Below, one piece after another: positions 34,431 through 44,615 of a DNA stretch of 64,000 nucleotides; positions within the stretch are counted from its first letter, which is position 1, and each line of letters opens with the position of its first letter. The notes beneath the pieces were generated by a model. That model was not told where the DNA came from, ran no database searches, and saw only the letters and a list, made by a program, of their open reading frames with translations. This DNA is from an uncultured Rivularia sp. (lineage in GTDB: Bacteria > Cyanobacteriota > Cyanobacteriia > Cyanobacteriales > Nostocaceae): NCBI GenBank assembly GCA_963665115.1, contig OY762007.1, positions 288,001-352,000 on the forward strand. The letters run 5' to 3'. The translations under genes were made by a program, and so were the position numbers.

Positions 34431-35613
34431 TCAATCCTCGATTAAGGATATTCCTAGCTGCATTTTCATCACGATCCATCTCACAGCCACATCTACAAAT
34501 ATGCGTGCGAGTTGATAAAGTCTTTTTAACAATTGTGCCGCAGATAGAGCATTCTTGAGAAGTATATTGCGGATTAACCGCAACCGTTACACGCTTAAAT
34601 ACTTTCCCGAAGTATTCAATCGAGCAACGAAACTGATACCAAGACGCATCGTTTATTGATTTAGATAAACAATGATTTTTCACCATATTTTTTATTCTCA
34701 AATCTTCATAAGCTATCAAGTCGTTAGACTGAACTACGCACCGCGCTAATTTTACAGCGTGGTCTTTACGTTGCCTACTTATCTTGAGATGTCGTTTATC
34801 TAAAATATGTTTTGCTTTTGTTCTGTTACTTGAACCTTTTACTTTCTTAGAAACACGACGTTGAGAGCGCTTGAGAACTTTTTCTCCAACACGAAGAAAC
34901 CTTGGATTTTTGATTACTTCACCATTTGAATCGGTGTAGTATTCTTTTAATCCAACGTCTAATCCTACTGCTCTACCAGTAGTCTTAATGTCTTCCGAAC
35001 GTTCTACATCAATACAGAATTGGACGTAAACACCATCAGCGCGCCTCACTAATCGAACCCGCTTTATCTGGTTGATTTGATAAAAGTGCAGGTCGCGAGT
35101 GCCTTTTAGCTTTAATCTTCCAATTCCTTTTTTGCCAGAGAAAGTTATCGATTTACGATCAGGAGCAAGTTTCCATCCCGAAGTTTTGTATTCAACAGAA
35201 CGGCAATCTTTTTGAAACTTTGGGAAACCTTTTTTCCCTGCTATACCTTTTCTACAGTTTTCATAGAAACGGTTTATTGATGACCATGCTCGTTCTGCAC
35301 TAGCTTGTCTAGCCATTGAATTAAGTTCATTTGCAAACGAAAATTGTTTAGCAAGTACAGCGCAATATTTCTGCAAATCGTTTTTACCCGTTCCTTTATT
35401 GTCTATCCATAAACGGATGCAACTGTTTCGGACGAATTGGGCTGTACGAATTGCTTCGTTAATGGCTGAGTACTGCTTTGATTTTCCGTATGTTTTAAAT
35501 TCAAAAACTAGCATGGTATCACCTCCATCGTTATACTATCACAAACGGTATAATGTTGGAAAATAAATAAAAAGCCGTCTTTCTAAGACGGGGCTTTAGA
35601 CCCATTATTTTCG
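34285..35613 (-). mobile_element. IS200/IS605-family (IS1341-like) element with tnpB only
   Basis: Left end after TTAC with hairpin aaagccccgtc...gacggcttt; right end hairpin ccccg...cgggg then gtgTCAA; no Y1 tnpA. Confidence 0.85.
34324..35514 (-). CDS. tnpB: RNA-guided endonuclease TnpB
   Basis: GLDVG, YEDL, DRDENAA catalytic residues intact; CSIC...CRCG Zn finger. Confidence 0.93.
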   Translation of the reverse strand: MLVFEFKTYGKSKQYSAINEAIRTAQFVRNSCIRLWIDNKGTGKNDLQKYCAVLAKQFSFANELNSMARQASAERAWSSINRFYENCRKGIAGKKGFPKFQKDCRSVEYKTSGWKLAPDRKSITFSGKKGIGRLKLKGTRDLHFYQINQIKRVRLVRRADGVYVQFCIDVERSEDIKTTGRAVGLDVGLKEYYTDSNGEVIKNPRFLRVGEKVLKRSQRRVSKKVKGSSNRTKAKHILDKRHLKISRQRKDHAVKLARCVVQSNDLIAYEDLRIKNMVKNHCLSKSINDASWYQFRCSIEYFGKVFKRVTVAVNPQYTSQECSICGTIVKKTLSTRTHICRCGCEMDRDENAARNILNRGLSTVGHTGTFALDAENAWGDETSTHVGENLHEQVIS

Positions 35614-35664
35614 GTAAGATCAACAGCTAGTACGTTCCATCAAAAGAATAAAACATAAATTACC

Positions 35665-35700
35665 ACGCGGGGAAGAGTTCAGACTTTTACCCGCGTTTTT
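35665..35700 (+). terminator. Intrinsic terminator, probably that of the OMP gene before IS insertion
   Basis: acgcggg...cccgcgt stem followed by T-run, about 50 nt after the reconstituted empty site. Confidence 0.6.
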
Positions 35701-36262
35701 AATGAGCCGTGCCTGCGGTGAATGGTTGACTTATCTACTGAAACCTTTTAGAGACGTGATATATCGCGTCTTTACAACCCATCGAAATTAATGAAGCGAT
35801 CGATTGCCACAAAACGTATTATGTCTGAATTAAACGAATCCCTGCACTGGAATACTTAATTTATTGTAAGCTAACATAATAAAACTTAAGGAGTTATTCG
35901 GAGCTTTACTGATTTTTCATGTAAAATGTTTTCTATATAGCTATATACAGCATAATTACGGAGTATTATTGTAAAATAAGCAGAGGTTAAAAGAGGAGTA
36001 GGAACAAGTAGCGAGTATCAGGGTGTAATTTAGGCAATTTATTTTGAAGTTTAGGAGTTGATCTGATTGCAAAAGCATCTCAAAAATCTAAAAAGAGAGT
36101 GCTTCAGTTATTTGCTGAGTTCCTAACTTCAAAAATACGTAATTACTTTTAGACTCAGGGTTTTCTTAATTGCTGCTACCAATTAAAGGTAAGTTTCGTA
36201 TTCGAGTACATATCGAATACGAAACTTCATTAGACAAACTATATTATTTTGGGAAGTTAGTT

Positions 36263-36953
36263 ATGATTCAAGGTTTACAAAAAAAAGTATCGCCTAAAAT
36301 TCTATTAATCGATAGCTATGAGATATTTTTGAGTGGAAACTGTAAAGATATTACGCTCCTATTATCCTGATGCTAAAATTTATGCTGCTACAACTGTAGA
36401 AAATGCTTTACATCAAATTGCGACAATTAAGCCAGAGTTAGTTATTACCGATATTTGTGTTGCACAAAATATCGGCGGAGCAATCCAGATTAATAATGGA
36501 ATGCAGCTTCTGAAAAAATTATTAACTAATCATCCTGAAATTAATATCCTCGTACAAAGTACGTATATTAATACTTTAGTGCGAATCAAATCGGAAATCG
36601 ATTGTCATCCATCGGGTTTTGTTGTAGCAGATAAATGTCTTTCTACTCAGGAAACATTAAATAGGGTTGAATGGACTTTGCAGGGATTGACTCATACCAA
36701 GGATATTAGAGCGATTAACTCTGGATTACAACTGAAACCAGAGTGGTTAAGGCTGCTAAATCTAGCATTTGAAGAAGGATTGCAAGATAAAGCAATTGCT
36801 GCACATATTTGTGTTTCCGAGCGAATGGTACGTCACTATTGGTTTAAGTTACAAGAAGTCTTGGATATAAATATTGACGAACTAAAAAATCAAGGAAAGA
36901 ACCTTCGAGTTATAACTCATATTCGGGCAAGAGAAGAAGGTTTTATTGATTAG
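36263..36953 (+). CDS. NarL/LuxR-type response regulator with atypical receiver; apparent frameshift near 36338
   Basis: KILLIDSYE..., PELVITDI, C-terminal HTH GLQDKAIA....VSERMVRHYW; removing one A joins the two ORFs. Confidence 0.8.
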
Positions 36954-37104
36954 TGTAGTTATTCTAATTAATTTCTGTAGTGTGTTAGCGCAACGTGTCT
37001 GAAAGACAAGCATCTTGCTCGCTTATGTTATTCAAATAGAAAACAGGTAATAGGTTAGCTGTTTTCTATTTTAAATGACTAGTATTTCGTAAAATCGCCA
37101 CATA

Positions 37105-37205
37105 CAGCACTTTGCAGGTATATGAGGTACATTTCCCTACTCCCTACTCCCTACTCCCTACTTCCTCTAGAAACGATGTGTACCTCACTTAAATGAAATC
37201 TGCTG
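37105..37205. mobile_element. MITE, second copy of the 2269-2371 family, with STRR (ctcccta)n interior
   Basis: TA|cagcactttgca...gaggtaca and tgtacctc...gaaatctgctg|TA. Confidence 0.75.
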
Positions 37206-37620
37206 TAATATCAACATCGAATAGATGTAGCCACGATACTAATTATCAATTGACTTCTGGACACTTTTTACTTTATTTTTTATTTTTTGTAATATGTTTG
37301 ATGTTGTTATTTCAGTTTTGGTTAGATTATAATCTTCCTAGAACAAAAAAATACTATTAGTAGAATAAAAAACTTTGTATAATTTTATTCTTTTATAAAA
37401 GTTTAATTTCTTAACTAAAACCGTATTTATTATGTTAAGTTGGCAATCTGTAAAACTTAAGCCGGTAAATTAGCGGAAATTTTCGTAAAAATTGTACATC
37501 ATCCTGATATGTAAATAGAAATAATTTTGTAAATAGAAATAATCATAGTGATTTGAATTGATTTTAGCTGTATAAGGGTTTGTACCCAAGCATTTCCCCA
37601 GTATCACAGGAGACAGAAAA

Positions 37621-38253
37621 ATGAATAAATTATCGCTAAGTGTTGTAATGCTTGGATTGGGAGTAATGGCATATGCTCCAAAAGTTAATGCAGCAAACGC
37701 ATTTTCTCTCCCGCAATTATTTACAGCAAAAGCAGAACTTGTCTCGCTGTTTACTCAAGTGAATGTTGAGAATTCCGTAGTAGCGACTTCTGGATGGAAA
37801 CAGTTTTATTCAGATGAAGGGAATTTTTCAATTTTTGTACCCAGCACATCTATAACTAATTTAAATTCTAAAAGTGAAGATTACTCTATAAATATTTATC
37901 ATGTAGATAACAAGAAAAGCTCGTATATAGTTGGCTACGTTGATTATAATACGGACTTAACTGAGTTATCACTCGGTGAAATATATCATAACTTTTTGCT
38001 AGATTTTTTAGGCGCTGATGTCAAGTTTCTTAACCAGCTAGATATTACTTTGGGTAAATATCCGGGTATAGAAGTGGAATATCGAAACGATAATCAAGAA
38101 GCAGTTGCTAAAAGTCGATTATTTTTAGTAGGACAAAGGCTGTATATTTTAGATATCTCTAATTATAAAGCTGGAGACGCTAAACAATTTTTTAATTCTT
38201 TTCGATTGGAGAAGAATATCAAAGAAAACGAGAGCGAGATTGCTTTTAACTGA
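37621..38253 (+). CDS. Secreted hypothetical protein (PsbP/DcrB-like fold)
   Basis: Signal peptide; WKQF.S.EG.FSI..P, YPGIE, SRLFLVGQRLYIL, FFNSF motifs; RBS AGGAG. Confidence 0.7.
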   Translation: MNKLSLSVVMLGLGVMAYAPKVNAANAFSLPQLFTAKAELVSLFTQVNVENSVVATSGWKQFYSDEGNFSIFVPSTSITNLNSKSEDYSINIYHVDNKKSSYIVGYVDYNTDLTELSLGEIYHNFLLDFLGADVKFLNQLDITLGKYPGIEVEYRNDNQEAVAKSRLFLVGQRLYILDISNYKAGDAKQFFNSFRLEKNIKENESEIAFN

Positions 38254-38422
38254 AATATTGTACAATTCCTGATAAATCATAATAAACCCGGTTTCTTGCT
38301 CGTTACACAACTAAAAAATTATGTTTTAGCGAAAATAAACTGAGTTTATCAAAATCTGGCAACCTACTATAGAATTGTTGAACGCGAATCAAGCTGCAAC
38401 AATTTGAAAAATTAATTAACTT

Positions 38423-40640
38423 TCAATTAATTGGAGCAAATCCGGCTTGCTGAATTAAATTTTTTCCTTGATTTGTTTTTAACCAGTTTGCATAAGCGCG
38501 AGCAGCTTCGGCAGATTCTTTTACTGAGTGGAAATCTTTATGTAAATCGGGTTCATCTGTATTAATGCCGCTTTTTTTGTAAATAATATACAATCTTCTA
38601 GTAATAGGATATCGATCGCCACTAGCTAATTTATCGGTATCTACCTTATTTGGTTTTTTATTGCAATCGGGATAAGGAATTAATGGTTGTCGATAGGGAG
38701 CAACTGTATTATTTGATGTGTTTCCTAGTTTTAAAGTTTTTACGCTACATTGATTAACAATTTCTGAAGCTGAAGCATAGTAAATACTTCCTGGTTGTGC
38801 TGCTACTTTGGCTATACCTTGTGTAGTATTAGAAACAGGTTGAACAAAGATTGTATCTATTTCTTTTCCTCTTAAAACGTATTCTGATAAATACTCTACG
38901 GTACCTCCTGCTTGTTTAAGTCGAGAGAATGGTACTATCGGTAAATTTTGTCCGCCTAATTCTTGCCAGTTGCGAATCTTGCCTGTATAGATACCTTCAA
39001 GCTGGGTTAATGTTAATTCATCTACGTTGAGATTGCGGTTTACTGCTACTGCAATCGCATCAATAGCTACGGGAATTTCTTCTAAAACAAAGCCTAGTTC
39101 TTTTGCATCTGCTTTTTCATTTGTATTAAGTCTGCGAGAAGACAAAGTAAAATCTAGTTCGCCTTTTAAAAGCATTTTAATACCAGTAGCGGAACCCGGA
39201 TCATCTTTTTTCGGGTGTGTATATTCTACTTGAAATTGAGGATGAACTATTTCGAGTACTTTTTGCACTTTTTTATTAATAGGTGCCCAAGTGGTACTTC
39301 CTCCATAGTAAAATCTTCCTTTAGGAAAAATTCCTGAATTATCCGAATTATCTGAACTTACTTTTTCTTCCTTTTGTGCCTCAAACAGGTTTGTAAATGT
39401 ATTTTTCCCAATAGTAATACTACAGCTAGCAAATAAACCAATCAAACCAAATGTAATTAACAGCTTAATATAATTGTTATTCGGAGGATTTTTTTGATCT
39501 GGGTTTGGATCTATTTCCGAAGAAATTACATCACCTTGACGAAGCGATTTCCAAGTTAATGATTGAGCATTAGGTGCAATGCAAATTGTCGGTAGCCAAA
39601 CTGCACCGGGATAATCTAAATTAAAATGCTCTAATCGCTTGCGGGCTTTATTTAAAGCTTGAGAAAGCGAACTACCGCTAGTAAATGCTTCAAAAAAGTG
39701 CTTTAAAAATTCTACTGCAACGCTATCGGGTACGGGTTTCCCTCATCACAATACATCGGGATAAATGTAGCTGTGCTAGTTGCGAAGCTAACCCCAAACC
39801 ATCACAGGAATTGAAAATTGCTAACTGCAATCCCTTGTTAATAGCTTGTTTTAATGCTTCTTGAAATTCCTCAATGCTTAAACTATCGGTGTTATTCAGT
39901 TCAATCCAACCAATCTGCCCATCTTCTCTACTTCCGCTGTGCCCTGTAAATATAAAAATATGATATCCTTGCTCGTTCCACAAAGCATCACATAATTCTT
40001 TACGATTGGGTTGCATTAAACAAATAACTTCTGCACCATGTTGTTCTAACTCTTTTATTACTTCTAAATCATTTTTAGTATTGATATCGTCGCTTCTACC
40101 GACAGCAACTAAAACTCTAATTTTTGAACTTTGAGGAAGTGGATTATTTGTGTTTTTATATGTATTTTTAGCCGCACTTAAAGCAATTTCTACTTGGGGA
40201 TAATGTTCTTCAAACAAATTCCACTCTTGCCAGGGAAGACGACGTAAGTTAACATCTTTAGCATCAATAATGACGCGAATTTCTTCATTTTTTTGATGCA
40301 ACTGCTGCGCGATCGCAATTAACCTATCACGCACTGGCAACCATCTGGAATCCCCACAATTAAGCCATTTATTTAAGCATTCTTTAACTGAGGTTGTATG
40401 CTCGGCGCTGGAATACTTGGTTACACTTTTAGGAGTAATCCGCATTCCCGGTGCGGGTGCAATATAGGAGCGTACTGCTTCAATTTGACGATAAGCTAGT
40501 TGCCAGTTATTGAAAGATGTTTCTAATTGGGGTGGTAAAACAGGTAGAAATCCCTCCGTTTCAACATCTAGTTGCTTCGCAGTTAAATCTACCTGAAATC
40601 CTTGTTTACTTTCCCTGATTTTTAATTTTACAATTGCCAT
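38423..40640 (-). CDS. CHAT (caspase-like) protease - TM - PstS-family substrate-binding domain fusion; apparent frameshift near 39738
   Basis: FTGHS and IFNSCDGLG; removing one A gives MREPVPDSVAVEFL...WLPTIC...KLLITFGLIGLFASC continuous into GGSTTWAP, GSATGI, VAIDAI, YPITRRL. Confidence 0.82.
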
Positions 40641-40801
40641 AGTATTTTTCTCTATTAATTTTGAATTTCACATTTTAGATTGAAACAAGCTTTTAGCTTC
40701 GGTAGGGATAATTTAAAAGATTATTTAAAACCGGAAATTGTTTCCCCTTCTTCTTTCAACAAAAAATATAATCCAAAATCGTAAATCCAAATTCGGTTTA
40801 C

Positions 40802-41734
40802 CTAAACAATGAATTCTTCGGTAATGCTTGTTGCTTCTAACTTCAATTCCACGCTAAATTTTTCTTCATGCTGGCAATCAAACTCTAACTGCATCCAATC
40901 ATTAGCGTTTTCGGACTGAGTTTCCATGCAAGTATTTCCCGATTCATCAAAGATAGTAAGCTGTAAATTTCTAGGTAAATGAACTGTATTTTCCGCCGGA
41001 TAAACCCGCAAACGAATATCAAATACTGTACTATCTGTAGGCGTTAATTCTATTAATAATACTATCTGTCTGCCAACATCAATAACTTTGGCACGACTAA
41101 TAGAGTTAGTTATATAATTTTTATTTTGACGGGTAATAGTCGCAGCACTTCTGTGTTTATACCCTCTGAAGTTATCAGCTAAAACTAATTCCGGAGATTG
41201 CCAACCTCCATCGAATATTCCTTCCAACCATTGACACAAATTATTTAGGTTTTTGCGTCGATTAATAATATCTATAAGAAGATCGATAGATTCAAATTTA
41301 TTAATTTCAATTACTTCCGATTGCCCAATCAACGGTTTTGCTGGTACAAAACCTAATATTTCCACAAAATCTAACTGCTTGCCAAACCCAACAGCAACGT
41401 AACCAATTCTTTCTTGCGTTACCTCTTGGGGCAAAACCACGGCATTTTCACCGGGCAATACGGGGCGGCATTCTATTCTACCAACCGACGGTAACATCAA
41501 ATCGGCAATATCAAAAAACGTCCTGATGCTCCAATCCCAACTATCGCTTTGATGCAAAGCTGTTTCTATATTTAGCCATTTGAGATAATTCTTAACGGCA
41601 TAAACCGCTAAAGTATTTAGATAAACCTGTTTACCCTTCTCCACAGAATCTTGCTGCGCTGCAAATTCTTCAGCTTTTTGATGAGCATCTTTCCCCAAAG
41701 GTACCTGTAAATAGTTTGGTTGCGTACTTTTCAT
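40802..41734 (-). CDS. DUF1822 family protein
   Basis: KQVYLNTLAVYAV..YL, ADL.LP..GRIECRPV, RIGYVAV, W....L...FR, terminal ITEEFIV. Confidence 0.85.
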   Translation of the reverse strand: MKSTQPNYLQVPLGKDAHQKAEEFAAQQDSVEKGKQVYLNTLAVYAVKNYLKWLNIETALHQSDSWDWSIRTFFDIADLMLPSVGRIECRPVLPGENAVVLPQEVTQERIGYVAVGFGKQLDFVEILGFVPAKPLIGQSEVIEINKFESIDLLIDIINRRKNLNNLCQWLEGIFDGGWQSPELVLADNFRGYKHRSAATITRQNKNYITNSISRAKVIDVGRQIVLLIELTPTDSTVFDIRLRVYPAENTVHLPRNLQLTIFDESGNTCMETQSENANDWMQLEFDCQHEEKFSVELKLEATSITEEFIV

Positions 41735-41737
41735 TAA

Positions 41738-42436
41738 TCAATCCTTAGTCTTGATTCCAATTTCTTTAAGTAAAGGTAAGCATTTTTTTTTCCAGTGAGA
41801 ATATATGGTTTGATTGCTTACATTTAACTCTCTGGCAATATCGGCAATTTTATGAGATGGTTTTGTTAATAACAATCTTTTTGCTAAAAATTGACAGTTG
41901 CATTCCGTATTATTACGGGTACAGCAACGTTTGAGTTGGCGCTTTTCGTCTTGCTCAATAAATTGGATAATTCTTTCACCCCAAGTTTGGCGATCGCGCT
42001 GTTGAATTTCAGCAATTTTGAGATCGAGCAAGTCTAAAGTAATATTTGCAAATTTAGGATCTGGTAATATATCCAGCTTAGTAACTTTACTACCTTCATC
42101 GTTACTTATTTGTTGGTCTAAACTAATCGTATAATTACCATCGGAAGCATATAAATCTTTGATACGCCACTTCAGATAGCCATTTATCCATCTAACCAAA
42201 CTAACTGTTAAAGATTCACCCGAATTTACTTTTAATCGATCGAATTTATCAATACTCCGACAAAACCATTCCCATGTTTTATTCAAGGCTTCTAAATAGT
42301 CTTGATGCCCATCCTTTTTGATCCCAGGAAGCTGTTGAACAACTATCAGCAAATTATTTAACGCTTTTTGTCTTTGCGGGGTACCTTCTTCATAACCACA
42401 CACTTCCTCAATTAGTTGTTGAAGTTGTTCATCCAC
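41738..42436 (-). CDS. Sigma-70 family (ECF-like) sigma factor
   Basis: Region-2-like WINGYLKWRIKD, ISLD linker, C-terminal HTH IARELNVSNQTIYSHW..KCLPLL; 3 nt from the DUF1822 start. Confidence 0.75.
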   Translation of the reverse strand: MDEQLQQLIEEVCGYEEGTPQRQKALNNLLIVVQQLPGIKKDGHQDYLEALNKTWEWFCRSIDKFDRLKVNSGESLTVSLVRWINGYLKWRIKDLYASDGNYTISLDQQISNDEGSKVTKLDILPDPKFANITLDLLDLKIAEIQQRDRQTWGERIIQFIEQDEKRQLKRCCTRNNTECNCQFLAKRLLLTKPSHKIADIARELNVSNQTIYSHWKKKCLPLLKEIGIKTKD

Positions 42437-42780
42437 TCCTTTAATTCTCCAAAACCTATGATTAATTCAATTTTCTCACTTTTACAGCAACATCCTACTC
42501 GACACGTTAATGAATTAATTGTTGTATAAATTACTTTAGTCTTTCAGTTTTAGGTAATATTTTGATTATAAAGTCTTAAGTTTATATTAGTATTCTTTAA
42601 CTCAGTGATGGTTAATTAAAGGTTAAGCGTGCTTTTGATATCAAAGTTGCAATACCCGCTTATCGGTATAGCTACAGGAACAAAGCCTGCCTTCGCAGAC
42701 TAAGAAATCTTTAGCCTACGAAGGTAAGCTTTGTAAATATAGCCCCAGTCTTCTAGACTGAGGGCTGCTGATTTGAGCAT

Positions 42781-43209
42781 TTAATTAACAGTAATTTCTT
42801 CACCCATCCGCTCTTCCAAAAAATCCATTAATCCATCCACATCTTTATCAACTTGTTCAAAACAAACGGGTGGTGGAGTTTCTGGTTCAAAATAAATTAA
42901 CTTAATTTGTTCTTTTCCAATACCTATCATCAAAACTTCCACTTCGGGTTTATAATTCTCCACTAAACCCAAAATTTCCTGAAGTTTATTATCAACATTA
43001 TCGTTAAACTTTTCAATTGCCTCTTGAGGACAATATACAAAATGCGGCTTTGGTTGTAAATCAATACCGATAGTACCCTGACTATCACCATTTTGCTGCC
43101 AAAGTGCCCAACTTAGCGCCGCTAATTCAAGATGATGCGCTTTCACAAATTTGTCCAGCTTATGCAGCCATTTAGGTTGGGGTGTATCGGGTTGGGTACT
43201 AGCAAACAT
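42781..43209 (-). CDS. ccmS: Probable beta-carboxysome assembly chaperone CcmS
   Basis: W...LD.FVK....ELAAL.W.LW..NGDSQGTIGIDLQP.PHFVYCP and PPPVCFEQ match my recollection of the family. Confidence 0.7.
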   Translation of the reverse strand: MFASTQPDTPQPKWLHKLDKFVKAHHLELAALSWALWQQNGDSQGTIGIDLQPKPHFVYCPQEAIEKFNDNVDNKLQEILGLVENYKPEVEVLMIGIGKEQIKLIYFEPETPPPVCFEQVDKDVDGLMDFLEERMGEEITVN

Positions 43210-43320
43210 GATTACATCTGTAGAATACGCAGTTATATAATCATCTCACAGTTAGCAGTTAACAGTGAGCAGTTAGCACCATTCTTAATAAGCGTTACAA
43301 ACCGCCTTGGAATTGGTTTT

Positions 43321-43377
43321 GTAGTAGCGCTTCAGCGCCTCTGAATCCTGAATCATGAGGCGCTGAAGCGCTACTAC
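43321..43377. repeat. Inverted GTAG REP doublet gtagtagcgcttcagcgcc...ggcgctgaagcgctactac
   Basis: Perfect inverted arms read directly. Confidence 0.75.
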
Positions 43378-43447
43378 GAACCTTAATTGCCCATCAAAAT
43401 TAATGAAACAAACCACTACTAGTCTGATTGTTTTGCCTGTTAACTGC

Positions 43448-44311
43448 TCACTGCTCGCTGCTTGGTGGTAATAGTAGTTGCTTGGGTTTGAGATGTGCTT
43501 TCATCCGAATTAGCAAAAATGCGATTGGAATACTCAGAATAAAACCAATGACGATAAAAAACATCCAGATAGTATGCCATTCCAAAATTCCTTCAACTCC
43601 GGCAATTTCGTAAAAGAAACGATTATTCGCGATTAATTTGGGAGTTGATTCGTTTTTGGGAATCTCAAATAAGAATTCGTAATATGGATAATGGTCGTTG
43701 CTAACTTGTCCGCCGTTTGCTGCTACAAATAAATATGGTTGCTGATTTTTATCTTCGGCTTCAACTACTATACCTTCAAGCCGCTTGCCATCACCTTTAG
43801 ATATTAAATCTCCGCTGGCTGAATCTGATACTAATTCACCGTTATACCCCGGCTTTCCTTCGTATAAAAGTTCAGTTTTTTCTAAATGATTATATAAAGA
43901 ATTTAGCTTATCTGGAGAAATATAAGAAGTCTTTTTTGGTAGCTTTCCTTTTTCAGACAAATCTAGAACAATACGAGTGCTATCGCAATATTCTGTATTG
44001 CATTTTCCGGTACCGCAACTGCTTTCAAGATTTTCAATACCTTTTGTTATGTCTTTGATGCAGGAATTGGATGTATCTATTTTAAAAATTCTGCTGCCGT
44101 CATTTCTTTTAATGCTAGAAACGGGAGTAATTGAACGAATTTTATCGAATTCTTCAACTTGTTGCGGTAATTCCGGAGGGCTGAAATAATATCCCCAATA
44201 AGATTTAGAAATTAATATAGAAGCGATAAAGCCAGTAAAAACACTACTACCGAAAGTAAGTAAAAATGTCACTATAATCCAAATAGGTTTTGGATGAGAA
44301 TTATTCTTCAT
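43448..44311 (-). CDS. Hypothetical membrane protein (N- and C-terminal TM helices)
   Basis: 287-aa ORF with two hydrophobic segments around a soluble domain. Confidence 0.65.
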   Translation of the reverse strand: MKNNSHPKPIWIIVTFLLTFGSSVFTGFIASILISKSYWGYYFSPPELPQQVEEFDKIRSITPVSSIKRNDGSRIFKIDTSNSCIKDITKGIENLESSCGTGKCNTEYCDSTRIVLDLSEKGKLPKKTSYISPDKLNSLYNHLEKTELLYEGKPGYNGELVSDSASGDLISKGDGKRLEGIVVEAEDKNQQPYLFVAANGGQVSNDHYPYYEFLFEIPKNESTPKLIANNRFFYEIAGVEGILEWHTIWMFFIVIGFILSIPIAFLLIRMKAHLKPKQLLLPPSSEQ

Positions 44312-44615
44312 CAGTATAATTAATGGTATAACTCAAAACACTGTTATAACTACTAATAGTGTTTCTATCAAGTTACATTATGTCCGGAAACAATTGTCAG
44401 TTATTAATAATCAATTATCAGTCTTAAGTTTTAGGTTGGGTTAGACACGAAACGCAAATTAGAATTGTAACGAAATTTTATATTCTCCTGTCGTAACCTA
44501 ACATTGCTAACTATTCACAAATCCTGTTTTTCATTGAGGTTAATTGGTGCGTTACGGCAATTTCAACATTTTTATTTACTTATAAAACTTCAGGTAGCCG
44601 TAACACACCCTACAT

